Source: Heptranchias perlo
Lineage: Eukaryota
Direction of reading: 5' to 3'
Assembly (NCBI RefSeq): GCF_035084215.1
Contig: NC_090334.1
Coordinates: forward strand, 53,072,001-53,136,000
DNA length: 64,000 nucleotides
Below, piece after piece: positions 12,614-27,660 of the stretch. Within the stretch, counting starts at the first letter, position 1; each line of letters begins with the position of its first letter. The notes beneath the pieces were generated by a model that did no database searches, was not told the origin of the DNA, and worked only from the letters and a program-made list of their open reading frames with translations. The translations under genes were made by a program, and so were the position numbers.

Positions 12614-13744
12614 ATTACTTGTTCCTGTGTGAGGTAGCACTAAAGTGGTTGCAGACCTGTGAGTGTAGAGCATTGCTCAGCTTATGAAGCACATCCAATC
12701 AAAACCAATTCTTTTTCTGACCGAGGGCAGAGGTGTGATTGTTGAAAAATCCTTGGATGGTCTGGTAAATCAGATTATCCGAACCCTTTTTGCTGTGTTA
12801 GAATAGGCTTTGGTCAACATTTTAAAAAGCGTACAGTGGCAGAAGGCAACATAATTGGATTTGGGGGCATTGGTGGGATTAGTCCCTATTTAATGCAGAT
12901 CTTTAAATTGTGAAATGGCAAAAATGCTTAAAAGCTGCAATGAGTTTTCAAAACCAAAAACATTTTATAGAACTAAGCTGTATATTCCTGTCACCTTATG
13001 CATCAGAAAAATGCTGAATATAGGGAACATGCCTGTCTTTTTTTTAAAAAACTGTTGATAATGGGAGAATTAAGGAAGAGATAAAGAATAAAGATCATAC
13101 ATAGCAAAGTGAAAGTGCCCCTTACCAAGGTGACATTAGTGTTGCAGATTTCTTCGTAACTAGGTGATTGCACCTACTTGAAGAATCTTCCAGCAAAAAG
13201 TTTTTAAAAAGATATTTCTGTAACCATGCACGTACTTTTAAACAACCATTTTACTCAGTTTGATACATTTAAAAGATATGGGCATAGAATTACCCTTTTG
13301 GTCAGAAAATCCTGCATCCAGCTTTCTACCTGCTGCAATGCAGTTTTGCATTACTTTTCTGTAACATATCTCCCTGAATGATCTACCACAATGACCTCAG
13401 ATCACCTTTTCCAGATATGTTTTGTGAAAGGCAAATTTTATTTTTAATTGAGACATTTTATTACTTGAATAAACTTGTGCCTTGTGACAGCTTTTATATA
13501 ATTGAAATAACTTTCCTAAGTTTCCTGGATAAACCATTCAGCAGTAATGTTTTGAACATCTTACAAGTTTACTATTGCAGTTATCAAGCAGATATTTAAG
13601 TAAATTCTTGCTACAGTGAGAATAGTGAAGTATCCATTATCAATAACTCAATTGTTTGAGAACAATGGTAAAATCAAACCCACTTGCCTAAATGAAGGCC
13701 AATGTGTAGTTTAAATGTTACAATTCTTGTATAATCTTTTTCAG

Positions 13745-13874
13745 ATCAAACTGGTATTAAAGATGGAGAAGCTATGTGCAACCACAAAGGGAATATATGA
13801 CCTAGAGACCTATCAATATGGTGAAACGGGAAGGGAAATGCCCCTCTTTCACACATGGCCTACAAAATATTTCT
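13745..13874 (+). CDS. CINP: CINP exon 4
   Basis: ttttcag| IKLVLKMEKLCATTKGIYDLETYQYGETGREMPLFHTWPTKYF T|gtatgg; contains the PLFHTWPT motif. Confidence 0.95.
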
Positions 13875-14329
13875 GTATGGGTAATTTAATAGGTATCATA
13901 ATCCAGAAATGTGCCACTGTCTTATTTTTCTTTTATAATCAGTGTTCTCTATATTGGAATAATAAATTGTTGAATAAGTCACATGGTTTCCTTACTACCT
14001 GCTTCCACTTCATTGTGACATGCTCATTCTTTTGCACTAGGAATGGTACCCAATTGCAAATTGTTGATTCATAGGAAGGTGGTTATTTTACAATTTTAAA
14101 TGGAATTATAGGGCATTAACATGTTTCTATTGATTTTGTAATTTAAATGAGCATTCTTACCCTACTTTTAAAGTGTGGAGAATGAGAGGCATATCCTGAA
14201 AGTGAATGAGTATTTAAGATTATTCTTCCCAAGTAAATAAACCATCTCTGCTTGGTGTAAATATTGGGGTGCAACCTACTGTTTTAAAATTGTTCATCCC
14301 TTTCCTTTTTCTGAGTTTTCTCCCACCGG

Positions 14330-14700
14330 TGCTCCAAGACATGGACCACTTGTTGCAGTATTGCCTTCCAGTAACTTGAAGCAACTATTCTTCATGAGAC
14401 CTAGCCCATAATAACCAGCAGGCTAGTTGACCGTGGCAGGGGGGGGGGGGGGGCAAATTATAATTTAATCTAATACAGCCCTCTCCTAATGACCACACGT
14501 ACATACTTCCAGTATGAATTGTTAGATAGTGACCGGGTGCAGAAATCCACACTGGCTTTCCCCTCCAACCCAGAGGCACTGAGGCTAACAGTAGCATTCC
14601 TAACGTCACCCTAGCACAGACCAGGGACTTTTTGACTCTAAAGGTTCAGCAACTAATTGTCTTGACTGGCTGAATCATCAGAGGGTGGTTGTGTAACTGT
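14330..14700 (-). mobile_element. tRNA-derived SINE copy
   Basis: Reverse complement of the same SINE family (agcacagaccagggac; gaggctaa...tagca). Confidence 0.5.
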
Positions 14701-14880
14701 TCAAAAGACTAAAACTATGACTTTGAACTATAAGGCAAGTGCTTCAGTATTAAGATGTTAGTTTAACTATTTAACATTTATGTACTTAGACTGGAAATAT
14801 GATCTAATGCTGTAGATTTAAAAGCATGTAAGAGAATTTAACTCAACAGATTAGTCATTTGTAACTACTTTCTGTTTCAG

Positions 14881-15083
14881 ATGAAAACTCAGTTCAGTTA
14901 TCTGAGATGTACAAAAAAGAACTGCAACTCAAGAGCTTAATTGTTCAAGAGATCGCCCACACCAGTAGCTGTGATCTTATGATGGTGCAGTTGTCTGCCT
15001 GGCTATATCAGCCTTATATAGAAGAAAAAGCCAGACTTCTCATTGAAAGTATGCTATTGGAGACTGGACACAGGTTTCTGTAA
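14881..15083 (+). CDS. CINP: CINP exon 5 (terminal)
   Basis: tttcag| ...EMYKKELQLKSLIVQEIAHT...SAWLYQPYIEEKARLLIESMLLETGHRFL TAA. Total CDS is 639 nt = 212 aa. Confidence 0.95.
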
Positions 15084-16041
15084 CAAAATCACAAGTGGAA
15101 GAGAAGACATTTACATAACTGGTACTGAGAGAAATCACTGAATTGCTGCAAAACTTGTAGTTCTGATTTGAGAAAGCATGCAGTTTTTTTAAAAAATAGC
15201 TTAGCACAAGTTTAAACACCTACGCAAGCTTAACCTTAAAGCTTGTGTAAATAATTGAACATAACTTACATTAACAGCAAAAGAATCATTAGAAGTTTCA
15301 TCCATTATCAAATTTTGTGCTTTAAAAGTAGGGTAGAATCCAGTAAGACAATGATTATGACAAAAGGCAAAGAAAAAATATATTTATTTATTTCCTTTTT
15401 TAGAAACTTTGTTGAAATACTTATGCTGAAAAAATAATTGTTGAAATTATTAAACAATGGTCCTGAAAGATATTTAAAGTTGTATTTGTCTTGCACTCTC
15501 AAGCGATGTGAAGAATACCAAAACTGCAAAAAAATTTGTTGTGGCGGCTTATTTTAAACTGTTCCATATATTGCTAGTGTTTAATGGAGCTTGATGGTAG
15601 AATTGTAAGTTTTTCACCCGATTAAAACAGCAAGGCAGCTTTTCAAAATATAAAGACCCACGTAGCTAAAAAAGCACAAGTGCTCTACATTAAATTCTAC
15701 AGCAAATATTTATAACAGTTTTTAACAAAGGTTCATAATACACTGTACAAACCAACCTTTGGCCTGTTACAAAGTTGATCCTTGACAGAGAGCAGTTCCA
15801 TTTTGTAATGACTTCTAACAAGTAAATGTCAATTGTTTTAAGCAAGCGATGATTAACCGCCAGTCCATCAATGAAGTTGTCAGATCCCCATCCAATTGGA
15901 CTGAAAAATATTGATGACATTTAACCACCCCATCAAATTAAGGCAACAAAGCTGTCTGTCAAGATTACAATGTACTGATAAGTCAAGCAAGACATTACAA
16001 AATACTTTATATCTGTATGTATATTATAATTAAAAATAGAA

Positions 16042-16137
16042 AATAAATTCCATTTTCTGCTATTTTCATATCATCAGTCTTTAAATAGTTTCATTATTTA
16101 CAATAGTCAAATTACAGCTCTTTGATAAAGATTTATT
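16042..16137. terminator. Candidate convergent poly(A) signals of CINP (+, AATAAA 16042-16047) and ZNF839 (-, AATAAA 16137-16132)
   Basis: Hexamers are seen directly in the AT-rich stretch between the two stop codons. Actual usage is not demonstrated. Confidence 0.4.
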
Positions 16138-17891
16138 GTACACTGAAGAAACTGGAAACTACTCTCACATGCACAACACAGTCTTAATACATATTTGATG
16201 AACAGCCTTCACAGGTAATGAGCTGATATGTACATAGCATAATAATGTAACTTTCCCATTTCCACATCCTCTCAAACCAATACAAAAGGACACCAAGTTT
16301 CACATTAAATGCATCACTCACACCAGTTGTAGGAAAAAAAGGAATGTGTATTGGGCACTATTGAAAACATGCTGCATGGGGGCATGCCCTATTTACAGCT
16401 TTGTAACTAAGAGGTTAAAGGGCTCACTTTAATCTTTGTTCTCAAAGTTTACATTGGGTGATAACTAACATTACTCCAGCACTACTGACTGCAACTGTCG
16501 CATCTCAGAAAATCAGATCCTCCATTTTAAACTTATGGATGCAAGACTGCAAACCAAGTGAAAGAGCAGAAACTGCAGAGGACTCCAACCCACATTTTGC
16601 ACTGAAAGAAGGGAAATGTAAATGATTGAAATGCAATGCAGAACTGTACTTAAAAGGAATTTCTCATTAAAGCAGCAAACACCATACATTTACACTTGTC
16701 TACTAATCCTGAATTGAAGATACAATTAGAGATTTATGAACCCTATCAGAAAATTACAAATTTGTAGCCCAAAAATGTGTTTGTGCCACATTTTTTTGTA
16801 AAATTTTACTTACGGTAAAACCCAAGCATTTCAGAACTAATATTCAACATTTCATCTTCAGTTATAGTCCCTTCTGCAGGCTTTTTAAAAAAAAACTTTT
16901 GTAGCAGGTTATCTAATTAATTAATTAAATGATATTAAAAGTACTGTGCTCTTTGATCTTTGAGGTTTAATTCCAATTTCTTTGGCCATGAGTTCTTAAA
17001 ATTAGTAAGTGATCAAATTGGGCAATGTTAAATTTTATATAGTGAAACAAATACAAAACCCACCCTTGTACTTCAGAATTGTTTTCAAAACTGCAATTTA
17101 AATTCAATGTTTTAAATCAGAAACTACCAAGTATCTTCATGCAACTTGCAGGCCTTTTGCAAATTTAAAGGAATTAAAAGATTTGTATCATTTACAAATA
17201 ATATTTTATAATCTAAAGACATTTTAAGTACCTGTTAGCTTTAACATTTTCCTGTTTTATTTGAGATGAATTACAGAGGTTAAATAATTAAAATTTTAGC
17301 AAAAATTTCAATTAACAAAGCAACATCATGAGATTTATATTTATTATAAATTTTTCATGGAAGTACAATTAATCTTTTAATGGCAGTTTCAAAAATAGGC
17401 AGTAGAATGTATACAAATACTATTTTGGCAAAATAGTCATCTCCAGTAAGCAACGAGTAGAAGGTAAAGATGCAAAAAAAAAACATTCAAATTCAGTGCA
17501 GCAACATCACATTTTCTGGTCTATTGCAGTCACATCTATGTCCCAGAGTACAAACTTCAATAAATGTACCTGGATTCATTCAGTTTATGAAATTCACTCT
17601 TTCAAATACCTTGCCAGGCATATTGCAACATTCAGGTAAACCACTCTTGAAACCTTACACCCACTTTTGTACCACAGACTTGTTAGCTTGTGGGACGGTA
17701 AAGTTTAACACAAAATACATTAAGTAATAAATGTTCACCTTAACACAACAGGGAACAGAAAATATCAAGTTTCTTTTACAAAACTGAACAGCCCTATTTT
17801 TGTATTTCAGCAATTCACTGAACAAGAGCAAAGTTCCTTGTAGTTATTTTTGTTAATTTTTTTTTTGGAGATGGGGGTCAGGACAGCCCAA

Positions 17892-19133
<1,242 letters not shown>

Positions 19134-20379
19134 CTAAAGTCACTGTGGTAGCAGAATGAATCTTCTATCACCTTCACCACCCCCCCCCCCAACCCCACCC
19201 CCCAAACAAATAAAAATTCCAGTTTTCCAAACTGTATTTGCTTCTTATTACATCTGAAACAGCATTTCATTCCTGGTCAGTTATAGGCAATGAAATGCAA
19301 AAGCTAGAAATTTCACAAAACTACTTTCCTTCTTTGTAAAAATGGCTATTAAATTATACCAGACTGGCCGAGGTCTAGGAGGGCAAATGTTTTTCAGGTC
19401 TGGTTTGAGAAGTAACTCCAACCACTAACATTTTTAAAGATGTAGAACATTTCTTTAAAAAAAGTAAATAAAAGAGGGGATACAGTACAGTGGGTTATGA
19501 CACTTTTTTTTATATTCTGGGAGAATCCAACACAACTTAATGTGCAAGGGTCCCAGGTGTAATTAGTTTGGGCTGCCTCAATCCAGCTCCAAGTAGGCAC
19601 AAATCCCCAGTATGGTTGATTTTTTTTGTTGCATCAAATTGGCATTCTCCCTTAAGGATGTCACACTTATTTAGTAGTGTGCTTCTGAGGATGGGATTAA
19701 GGCAAATTATTTCTGACGAGTGTGGGTGCTTTGTCCTGCATCTAATCTGAGCTGGGAGTGCTCGATAGTGACAATGGCGCAAAACGTAAAAAAGTATTCA
19801 CTTCCAAGCGCTAAGATTCTTCTTTTTGAGACATCAAAATAAAGTCATCCTATACAGTTGTTGACAACTAATGAGCAGCAGAAACACCAATATAGAGACA
19901 TTACTACAGAAACATTAAAAGGTACGAGAAGATATAAAGTGGATGCTGATTAGAATAAAAGTTAAGGTAACAGAAATAAGAGAATGTAAAAGAACTTTTT
20001 TTTCTACACTTGCATGCTGCGATATCAGCTGTACTATGAAGAACTTTTTTCCCCCCACCAACATACAGATTGATGCACCGCAATTGTTCATCGTGGAAAT
20101 CATTACAGAAAACCAGAACCAATCCGTGGAATATCTAAAAAATCTAAATAAAATAATTAAAATCTCTAAATAAATACTTGAGAACTGGAAGAAATGAATC
20201 GAAGAGCTGGAGTAGAAAGGACCTGAGCTTTGAAAGGAAACCTCTCTGGAAAAAAAGTCAGGTGACAAACTACTATACGATGGGTGGCCTGTGTCCTTTA
20301 ATCCATTACCCCACTAAGTTAACCACTTTTAATTGATCTCTTTGGTTAACTATGCGAGGTTCACTGCAATAATATTGCA

Positions 20380-20890
20380 CTTGTGGAACTTGCTACCGCA
20401 TGGAGTAGTTGAAGCAAATAGCATAGATGCATTTAAGGGGAAGCTGGAAAAGTACATGAGGGAAAAAGGAATAGAAGGATATGCGGATAGGGTTAGATGA
20501 ACTAGAGTGGGAGGCAGCTCGTGTGGAGCATAAACACCGGTATAGCCTAGTCTAGGACTAGGGGTCATAGTCTCAAGGGAAGGCATTAGCCATTTAGGAC
20601 TGAGATGAGGAAAAATTTCTTCACTCAGAGGGTTGTGAATCTTTGGAATTCTCTACCCCAGAGGGCTGTGGATGCTCAGTTGTTGAGATTGATAGAGTTT
20701 TGGTCACTAAGGGAATCAAGGGATATGGGGATAGGGCAGGAAAGTGGAGTTGAGTTGGATGATCAGCCATGATCTTATTGAATGGCGGAGCAGGCTCGAG
20801 GGGCTGCTCGGCCCACTCCTGCTCCTATTTCTTATGTTCTTAGTTGGGCCAAGTGGCCTGTTTTTGTGCTGTAAATTCAATGTAATTCTA
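20380..20890 (+). mobile_element. Nested CR1 LINE 3' ends
   Basis: Typical CR1 3' text (tggaactt...gcatttaaggggaagctgga; tttaggactgagatgagg; gatcagccatgatcttattgaatggcggagcaggctcgaggg). Confidence 0.75.
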
Positions 20891-21191
20891 AGTAATTCTT
20901 TGTAGTGTCTTACATGAAGCTGGGACAGTGTTCAAAATTTGGGAGTCTCAGGAAAACTAGCCTGTCCTGATTTAAATCCAGACTATTAACCATAAAATGG
21001 TTGCGACCAGGTGCTAAAACTCTATTTTTGAGAAAGGAGGGCTGCTACACCTGGCTTGAGCTCCAAGTGCATGCATCAGCAGCAGCTGGGATTCATATCC
21101 TGCTCTTCCAGATTAGTGGTAAGGCATGACAATATGTTATACCAGAATGACTGTCTAAATGTAAAATTATTGACAATATATGCAATGTTAC

Positions 21192-21330
21192 CCGCTTCAG
21201 TAGTTAAGCTTTGTGACTCTACTTCTCCAGTTCTCTCTATTCCATTTTGGTTAAAGTTGTTTTCTGTTCCCGCTATAGAGTCATCTATCCTCATTCGTTT
21301 TGATGAAGGGGATAAGGTTCCAAAATCTCT
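21192..21330 (-). CDS. ZNF839: ZNF839-like exon 7
   Basis: tctttttcag| RDFGTLSPSSKRMRIDDSIAGTENNFNQNGIERTGEVESQSLTTEA G|gtaaca; 139 nt, phase 0 to 1. Confidence 0.75.
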
Positions 21331-21869
21331 CTGAAAAAGAGCAAACAGATCATTTTAAAAGGAAATAAATCTAATTAATTGAAAGTTTCTCAACACATTT
21401 CTCAAGGGAGGTTCATCATGAGACAGTGTTTGAAAAAACAGTAGCACACTGTTCAGGCTGCGGATTAGTGCTTGTATGCTGAACAGAACAGTTATGCTGA
21501 GTATACAAGCTCATAAAACAGATTTTAATTCTGTAACAAATTAAGAAAATTGTGCTGCTGAAAAGAGAAAAGTTAAAGGTTTTGCAAGTCTAAAAGTGGC
21601 GCAGAAGGAACAATTTGCTTTTTCTTTGTTCCTACTAAAGTTTTAAAGAAACAATACCACCAGCTATCGTGACACAACAATCATTTAATCAGTCATATTG
21701 GAAATGAATCTCATTATATTGCAAGTTCCTTCATATTGTTGACATATTTTATGAGGAAATCAATATACTCATTCATCTGTTCATATGAAATGCATCACAA
21801 AAAAGCATGAAAGAGGATGAGGCCATTTAAACTATTAAACCAATTTTTGTGCACATATACAATTTGTAG

Positions 21870-22520
21870 TAGACCCCTAGTTTTGGACTCCCCACAAGTG
21901 GCAACAACTTCTCTACATCTACACTGTCAAACCCCTTCATAATTTTAAAGACCTCTAATTAGGTCATCCCTCAGCCTTCTCTTTTCTAGGAGAAAAGAGC
22001 CCCAGCCTGTTCTGTCTTTCCTGATCATTATACCCTCTCAGTTCTGGTATCATACTTGGAAATCTTTTTTGCACCTTCTCTAGTACCTCTATATTCTTTT
22101 TATAATATGGAGACCAGAACTGTTCATAGCACTCCAAGTGTGGTCTAACCAAGGTTCCATACAAGTTTAACATAACTTCTCTGCTTTTCAATTCTATCCC
22201 TCTAGAAATGAACCCCAGTGCTTGGTTTGCTTTTTTTTTAAATGGCCTTATTACCCCACATCATTACTTTTAGTGACCTGTGTATCTGTACCCCCATTTC
22301 CCTCTGCTCCTCTACCCCATGTAGACTCTTATTATCCATGGAATATGTGGCCTCCTTATTCTTCCTACCAAAATGTAATACTTCACACTTATCTATAATG
22401 AAATTCATTTGCCAATTACACACCTATTCTGTAAGTTTATTAATGTCTTCCTGTATTTTGTTGCAGTCTGCCTCAGTATTAACTATACCCCCAATTTGGT
22501 GTCGTCTGCAAATTTTCGAT
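21870..22520 (-). mobile_element. CR1 LINE RT C-terminal fragment
   Basis: WQMNFIIDKCEVLHFGRKN and LYGTLVRPHLECYEQFWSPYYKKNIEVLEKVQKR motifs. Confidence 0.85.
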
Positions 22521-23069
22521 CTTCTTTCTCCAATTAAAACAAGTTCAGTTCTGAGTGTCTCTTTGACTCGAGTGAAAAGTCCCTGAATCAACCTAATCAC
22601 TCTCTATGAACTCTCCTGAATATATTAATTTTCTTTTTGATGGCAGGGTGCCCAAAACTGCACAAAATATTTTAAATTTGGTCTTTTGTAAACAAAGAAT
22701 CAAGATGCATCACACTACTTGATCAGCATTGTTCACAAGAGCACCACAATGACAGAACACTGCCAGCAAATAGTCCATAACAAAACCTTTTTGTTATCTT
22801 CCTTAATGAATATCTATTAGCAGTGTTAACATTTCACTTATATTCCAACATGCATTGTATTACATTTATTCTCAGTAAAATACATCTGCTATTCTTAGCC
22901 TACCCATATAATGTGCACAATTCTCTTGAATCCTGCATAAGATGGGGGGGGGGCGGGGGGAACACTGCGAGGGGTGAGATTAAAAAAGTATGGAGAGTGG
23001 AACAGTCAAGACAATTTCTCCCTGCTGTATACTGACAGTTTATGTTAAAGTTGCAACTACTCATTGTTG

Positions 23070-23880
23070 GATTTAATTGTGCCCATCAAATGTGAGGAAC
23101 TCAAGATTTTCTTTATCACCAAGATAGGGACGGTCTTTTCAGCTACATCTGCTGCTTTCCCACCTTCCTCTTCCCCACCAAGCCAAACCTATCCCCAGGT
23201 CCCCTACCCTAGCTCTGAACCCATGCCTTTCTCTAGTTTCCCTTCCATCTCCCCTCTCCAAGCTCACCTCATCCACAATACCCAACTCCTGCTTCCTTGA
23301 CCCCATTCCCATTAAACTGCCGACCACCCAATTCCCGCCTGGTCCCCTGGCTAGTTGATGTTATAAATTGTTCCCTCTGAAGCATTTTTCCCTTTTCAAA
23401 ATCGCTGTCAACACCCCCTCCTCAAAAAACATATTCTCGACCCTTTTGTCCTCGCAGGCTGCCATCCCAACCTACCTTTCCTCTCCAAAGTCTGTAAATG
23501 TGTCGTCACCATCCTCCTCCAATGCCTCTCCTGTGTTGTCCAGCTCAATGGGATTGCCCTTACTTAGTTCCACTGTTACCTATCCAATTATAGCCAGAGC
23601 ATCACTAGCATTGGCTTCTCTTCCCTCTCCCGTCCCATCACCTTGGGAATCCCCCACAGATCCATCCTCAGCCCTCTCCCTCTTCCTCATCCACATGCTT
23701 CCCCTACCTCTCTCAATGCATCCATTGCCTTTGTGCTATCAAATTGGTTGTCTTGGGTGAGCTACAAATTCATGCAGCCCCCATCAAAAACTCTGTACTC
23801 TCATGACCGACTCCATCCCCCTCACCAAGCCACTGTCTGAAAGAGGCAGTTTGCAACCTTGGTGTTCAATTCAACCCAGA
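23070..23880 (+). mobile_element. Decayed L2-like LINE fragment
   Basis: Pyrimidine-rich; cctgcttccttgaccccattcccattaaactg and ccatcccaacctacctttcctctccaaag resemble the L2 RT region. Confidence 0.55.
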
Positions 23881-26800
23881 GTTGAGCTAGTAGCCATTGC
23901 TGAGACGTGGTTGCAAGATGATCAAGGTTGGGAACTAAATATTCCGGGGTACTTGACTTTTCGAAAAGAGAGGCAAAATGGAAAAGGAGCAGGGGGGGGT
24001 AGCCCTGATAATAAAGGATAACAAAGACAGTAGTGAGAAAGGATCTTGGCTCAGAAGATTAGGAAGTAGAATCAGTATGGGTGGAGATAAGAAATAACAC
24101 TGGTGGGAGGAGTTTATAGGCCACCTAACAATAGTTATACTGTGGGACAGAGTATAAATCGAGAAATAAGCGGAGTTTGTAACAAAAGTAATGCAATAAT
24201 TGTGGGGGAATTTAATCTTCACAAAGACTGGGCAAATCAAATTGGCAAAAGTAGTTTGGAGGACCAGTTCATGGAATGCATTTGAGACAGTTTCCTAGAA
24301 CAATACATCATGGAACCAACCAGGGAACAGGCTATTTTAGATCTTGTCTTGTGTAATGAATGAGACAGTGTTAATTAGTAATCTCAAGGTAAGGGATCCT
24401 CTGGGGGTCAGTGATCATAATATGATCGAACTCAATGTGAAATTCTAGAGTGCCATACTTAAGTCTGAAACTAGTGTCTTAAACTTAAAGCAAATTACAT
24501 AGGTATAAGGGACGAGTAGGCTACGGTTGATTGAGAAATTAATTAAAAGATATGACTGTAGATAAGCAATGGCGAACATTTAACGAAATATTTCACAATT
24601 CTCAATGAATATACATTCCATTGAGGAATCAAAACTCCACGGGAAAAGTGATCCATCCGTGGTTAACTAAAGTGGTTAAGAATAGTATTAGATTAAAAGA
24701 AGAGAATGATAATGTTGCCAAAAAGAGTAGTAAACCTAAGGATTGGGAGAGTTTTAGAAATCAGCAAAGGATGACCAAAAAACTGATGGTGGGAGAAAAC
24801 AGAATGAGAGTAAACTAGCAAGAAATATAGAAGCAGATTATAAGAGCTTCGACAACTATACAAAAAGGAAGAGAAAGTAAACATGGAACACTTAGCAGGA
24901 GAAATCATAATGGGGAATAAGGAAATAGTGGGGAACCGAGGGTCTAATGAGGGAGGAACTTGAAGTAATTAATATTAGTAAAGAAAAAGTACTGGAGAAA
25001 TTAATTAATGGGACTACACGCCGACAAATCCTCTGGACCTGGTGGGCTACATCCTAGGGTTGTAAAAGTGGTGGCTGCAGAGATAATGGATGCATTGGTT
25101 GTTATCTTACAAAATTCCCTAGATTCTAGAAGGGGCCAGTAGATTAGAAGGTAGCAAATGTGGCACCGCTATTCAAGAAAGAAGGGGAGAGAGAGAACAG
25201 AGAATTACAGGCCAATTTGCCTGATATCAGTCGTCGGGAAAATGCTGGAACCTATTGTGAAGGAAGTGGTAAAAGGGCACTTAGAAAATCATAATATGAT
25301 TAGGCAGAGTCAACAAGGTTTTATGAAAGGGAAATTGTGTTTTTTTTTTTGAGGATGTAACTAGCAGGGTAGATAAGGGGAACCAGTGGATGCAGTAGAT
25401 TTGGATTTTCAAAATTCAATAAGATGCCACTCAAGATAAGGGTTCATGGGGTTGGGGGTAATATATTAGCATGGATAGAGGATTGGTTAACAGACAGAAA
25501 ACAGAGTAGGAATAAATGGGTCATTTTCAGGTTGGCAGGCTGTAACAGGTGAGGTGAGAGTGACTGCCCTTGACATCAAGGCAGCATTTGACAGAGTGTG
25601 GAACCAAGGAGCCCTTGTAAAATTGAAGTCAATGGGAATCAGGGGGAAAACTCTCCAGTGGCTGGAGTCATACCTAGCACAAAGGAAGATGGTAGTGGTT
25701 GTTCGAGGCCAATCATCTCAGCCCCTGGGCATTGCTGCAGGAGTTCCTCAGGGCAGTGTCCTAAGCCCAACCATCTTCAGCTGCTTCATCAATGACCTTC
25801 CCGCCATCATAAGGTCAGAAATGGGGATGTTCGCTGATGATTGCACAGTGTTCAGTTCCATTCGCAACCCCTCAAATAATGAAGCAGTCCGAGTCCGCAT
25901 GCAGCAAGACCTGGACAACATCCAGGCTTGGGCTCGTAAGTGGCAAGTAACATTCGCGCCAGATAAGTGCCAGGCAATGACCATCTCCAACAAGAGAGAG
26001 TCTAACCACCTCCCCTTGACATTCAACGGCATTACCATCGCCGAATCCCCCACCATCAACATCCTGGGGGGTACCATTGACCAGAAACTTAACTGGACCA
26101 GCCACATAAATACTGTGGCTACGAGAGCAGGTCAGAGGCTGGGTATTCTGCGGCGAGTGACTCACCACCTGACTCCCCAAAGCCTTTCCACCATCTACAA
26201 GGCACAAGTCAGGAGTGTGATGGAATACTCTCCACTTGCTTGGATGAGTGCAGCTCCAACAACACTCAAGAAGCTCAACACCATCCAAGATAAAGCAGCC
26301 CGCTTGATTGGCACCCCATCCACCACCCTAAACATTCAATCCCTTCACCACCGGCGCACAGTGGCTGCAGTACCATCCACAGGATGCACTGCAGCAACTC
26401 GCCAAGGCTTCTTCGACAGCACCTCCCAAACCCGCGGCCTCTACCACCTAGAAGGACAAGAGCAGCAGGCACATGGGAACAACAACCACCTGCATGTTCC
26501 CCTCCAAGTCACACACCATCCCGACTTGGAAATATATCGCCGTTCCTTCATCGTCGCTGGGTCAAAATCCTGGAACTCCCTTCCTAACAGCACTGTGGGA
26601 GAACTGTCACCACACGGACTGCAGCGGTTCAAGGCGGCGGCTCACCACCACCTTCTCAAGGGCAATTAGGGATAGGCAATAAATGCCGGCCTCGCCAGCG
26701 ACGCCCAGATCCCATGAACGAATAAAAAAAAACTAGTGGGGTGCCGCAAGGATCAGTACTTGGGCCTCAGCTATTTACAATATATATCAATGACTTAGAT

Positions 26801-27660
26801 GAAGGGACCAAGTGTAACATATCCAAGATTGCTGATGATACAAAGCTAGGTGGGAAAGTAAGCTATGAGGAGGACACAGAGTCTGCAATGGGATATAGAC
26901 AGGTTAAGTGAGTGGGCAAGAACCTGGCTGATGGAGTATTATGTGGGGAAATGTGAGGTTATTCACTTTGGTAGGAAGAATAGAAAATCAGAATATTTCT
27001 AAAATAGTGAGAAACTATTAAATGTTGGTGTTCAGAGAGATTTGGGTGACCTTATACAAGAAACACAAAGTTAACATGCAGGTACAGCAAGCAATTAGGA
27101 AGCCAAGTGGTATGTTGCCCTTTACTGCAAGGGAGTTGGAGTACAAGAATAAGGAAATCTTGCTGCAATTGTACAGGGCTTTGGTGAGACCATATCCGGA
27201 GTACTGTGTACAGGTTTCGTCTCCTTACCTAAGTAAGGATATAATTGCCTTAGAGGGGGTGCAACAAAGGTTCAGTATATTGATTCCTGCGATGAGAAGG
27301 TTGTCCTATGAGGAGAGATTGAGTAGAATGGGCCTATATTTTCTGGAGTTTAGAAGAATGAGGGGCGATCTCATTGAAACATACAAGATTCTGAGAGGGC
27401 TTGATAGGGTAGATGCAGAGAGGCTGTTTCCCATGGCTGGAGAGTCTAGAATTAGGGGGCATAGTCTCAGGATAAGGGGTGAGCCATTTAGGACTGAGAT
27501 GAGGAGAAATTTCTTCACTCAGAGGGTTTTTGGACTCTAGGGGAATCAAGGGATATGGGGATCGGGCGGGAAAGTGGAATTGAGGTTGAAGGTCAGCCAT
27601 TATCTTGTTGAATGCCAGAGCAGGCTTGAGAAGCCGGATGGCCTACTCCTATGTTCTTAT
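23880..27660 (+). mobile_element. CR1 LINE with most of ORF2, decayed, interrupted at 25547-26733
   Basis: APE endonuclease remnants (ELVAIAETWL, GVYRPP, IIVGEFN) and RT remnants ([36 protein letters not shown]), with many stops/frameshifts and a CR1 3' tail. Confidence 0.9.
25547..26733 (+). mobile_element. Young 5'-truncated non-LTR retrotransposon (CR1/L2-group RT) nested in the CR1
   Basis: 371-codon ORF with [27 protein letters not shown]; CpGs retained; A-tail. The host sequence rejoins as ggctgtaac|tagtggggtg. Confidence 0.9.

Noticed and set aside
21076-21191. Continuation of the 21076..21294 ORF to a stop codon
   Set aside because: The donor at 21191 gives the phase needed for the long terminal exon, so the rest is intron read-through.
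25554-26669. 371-aa RT ORF as an autonomous or domesticated gene
   Set aside because: It is 5'-truncated with no endonuclease, starts at GTG, and appears frameshifted near the C-terminus; an ordinary dead-on-arrival LINE copy.
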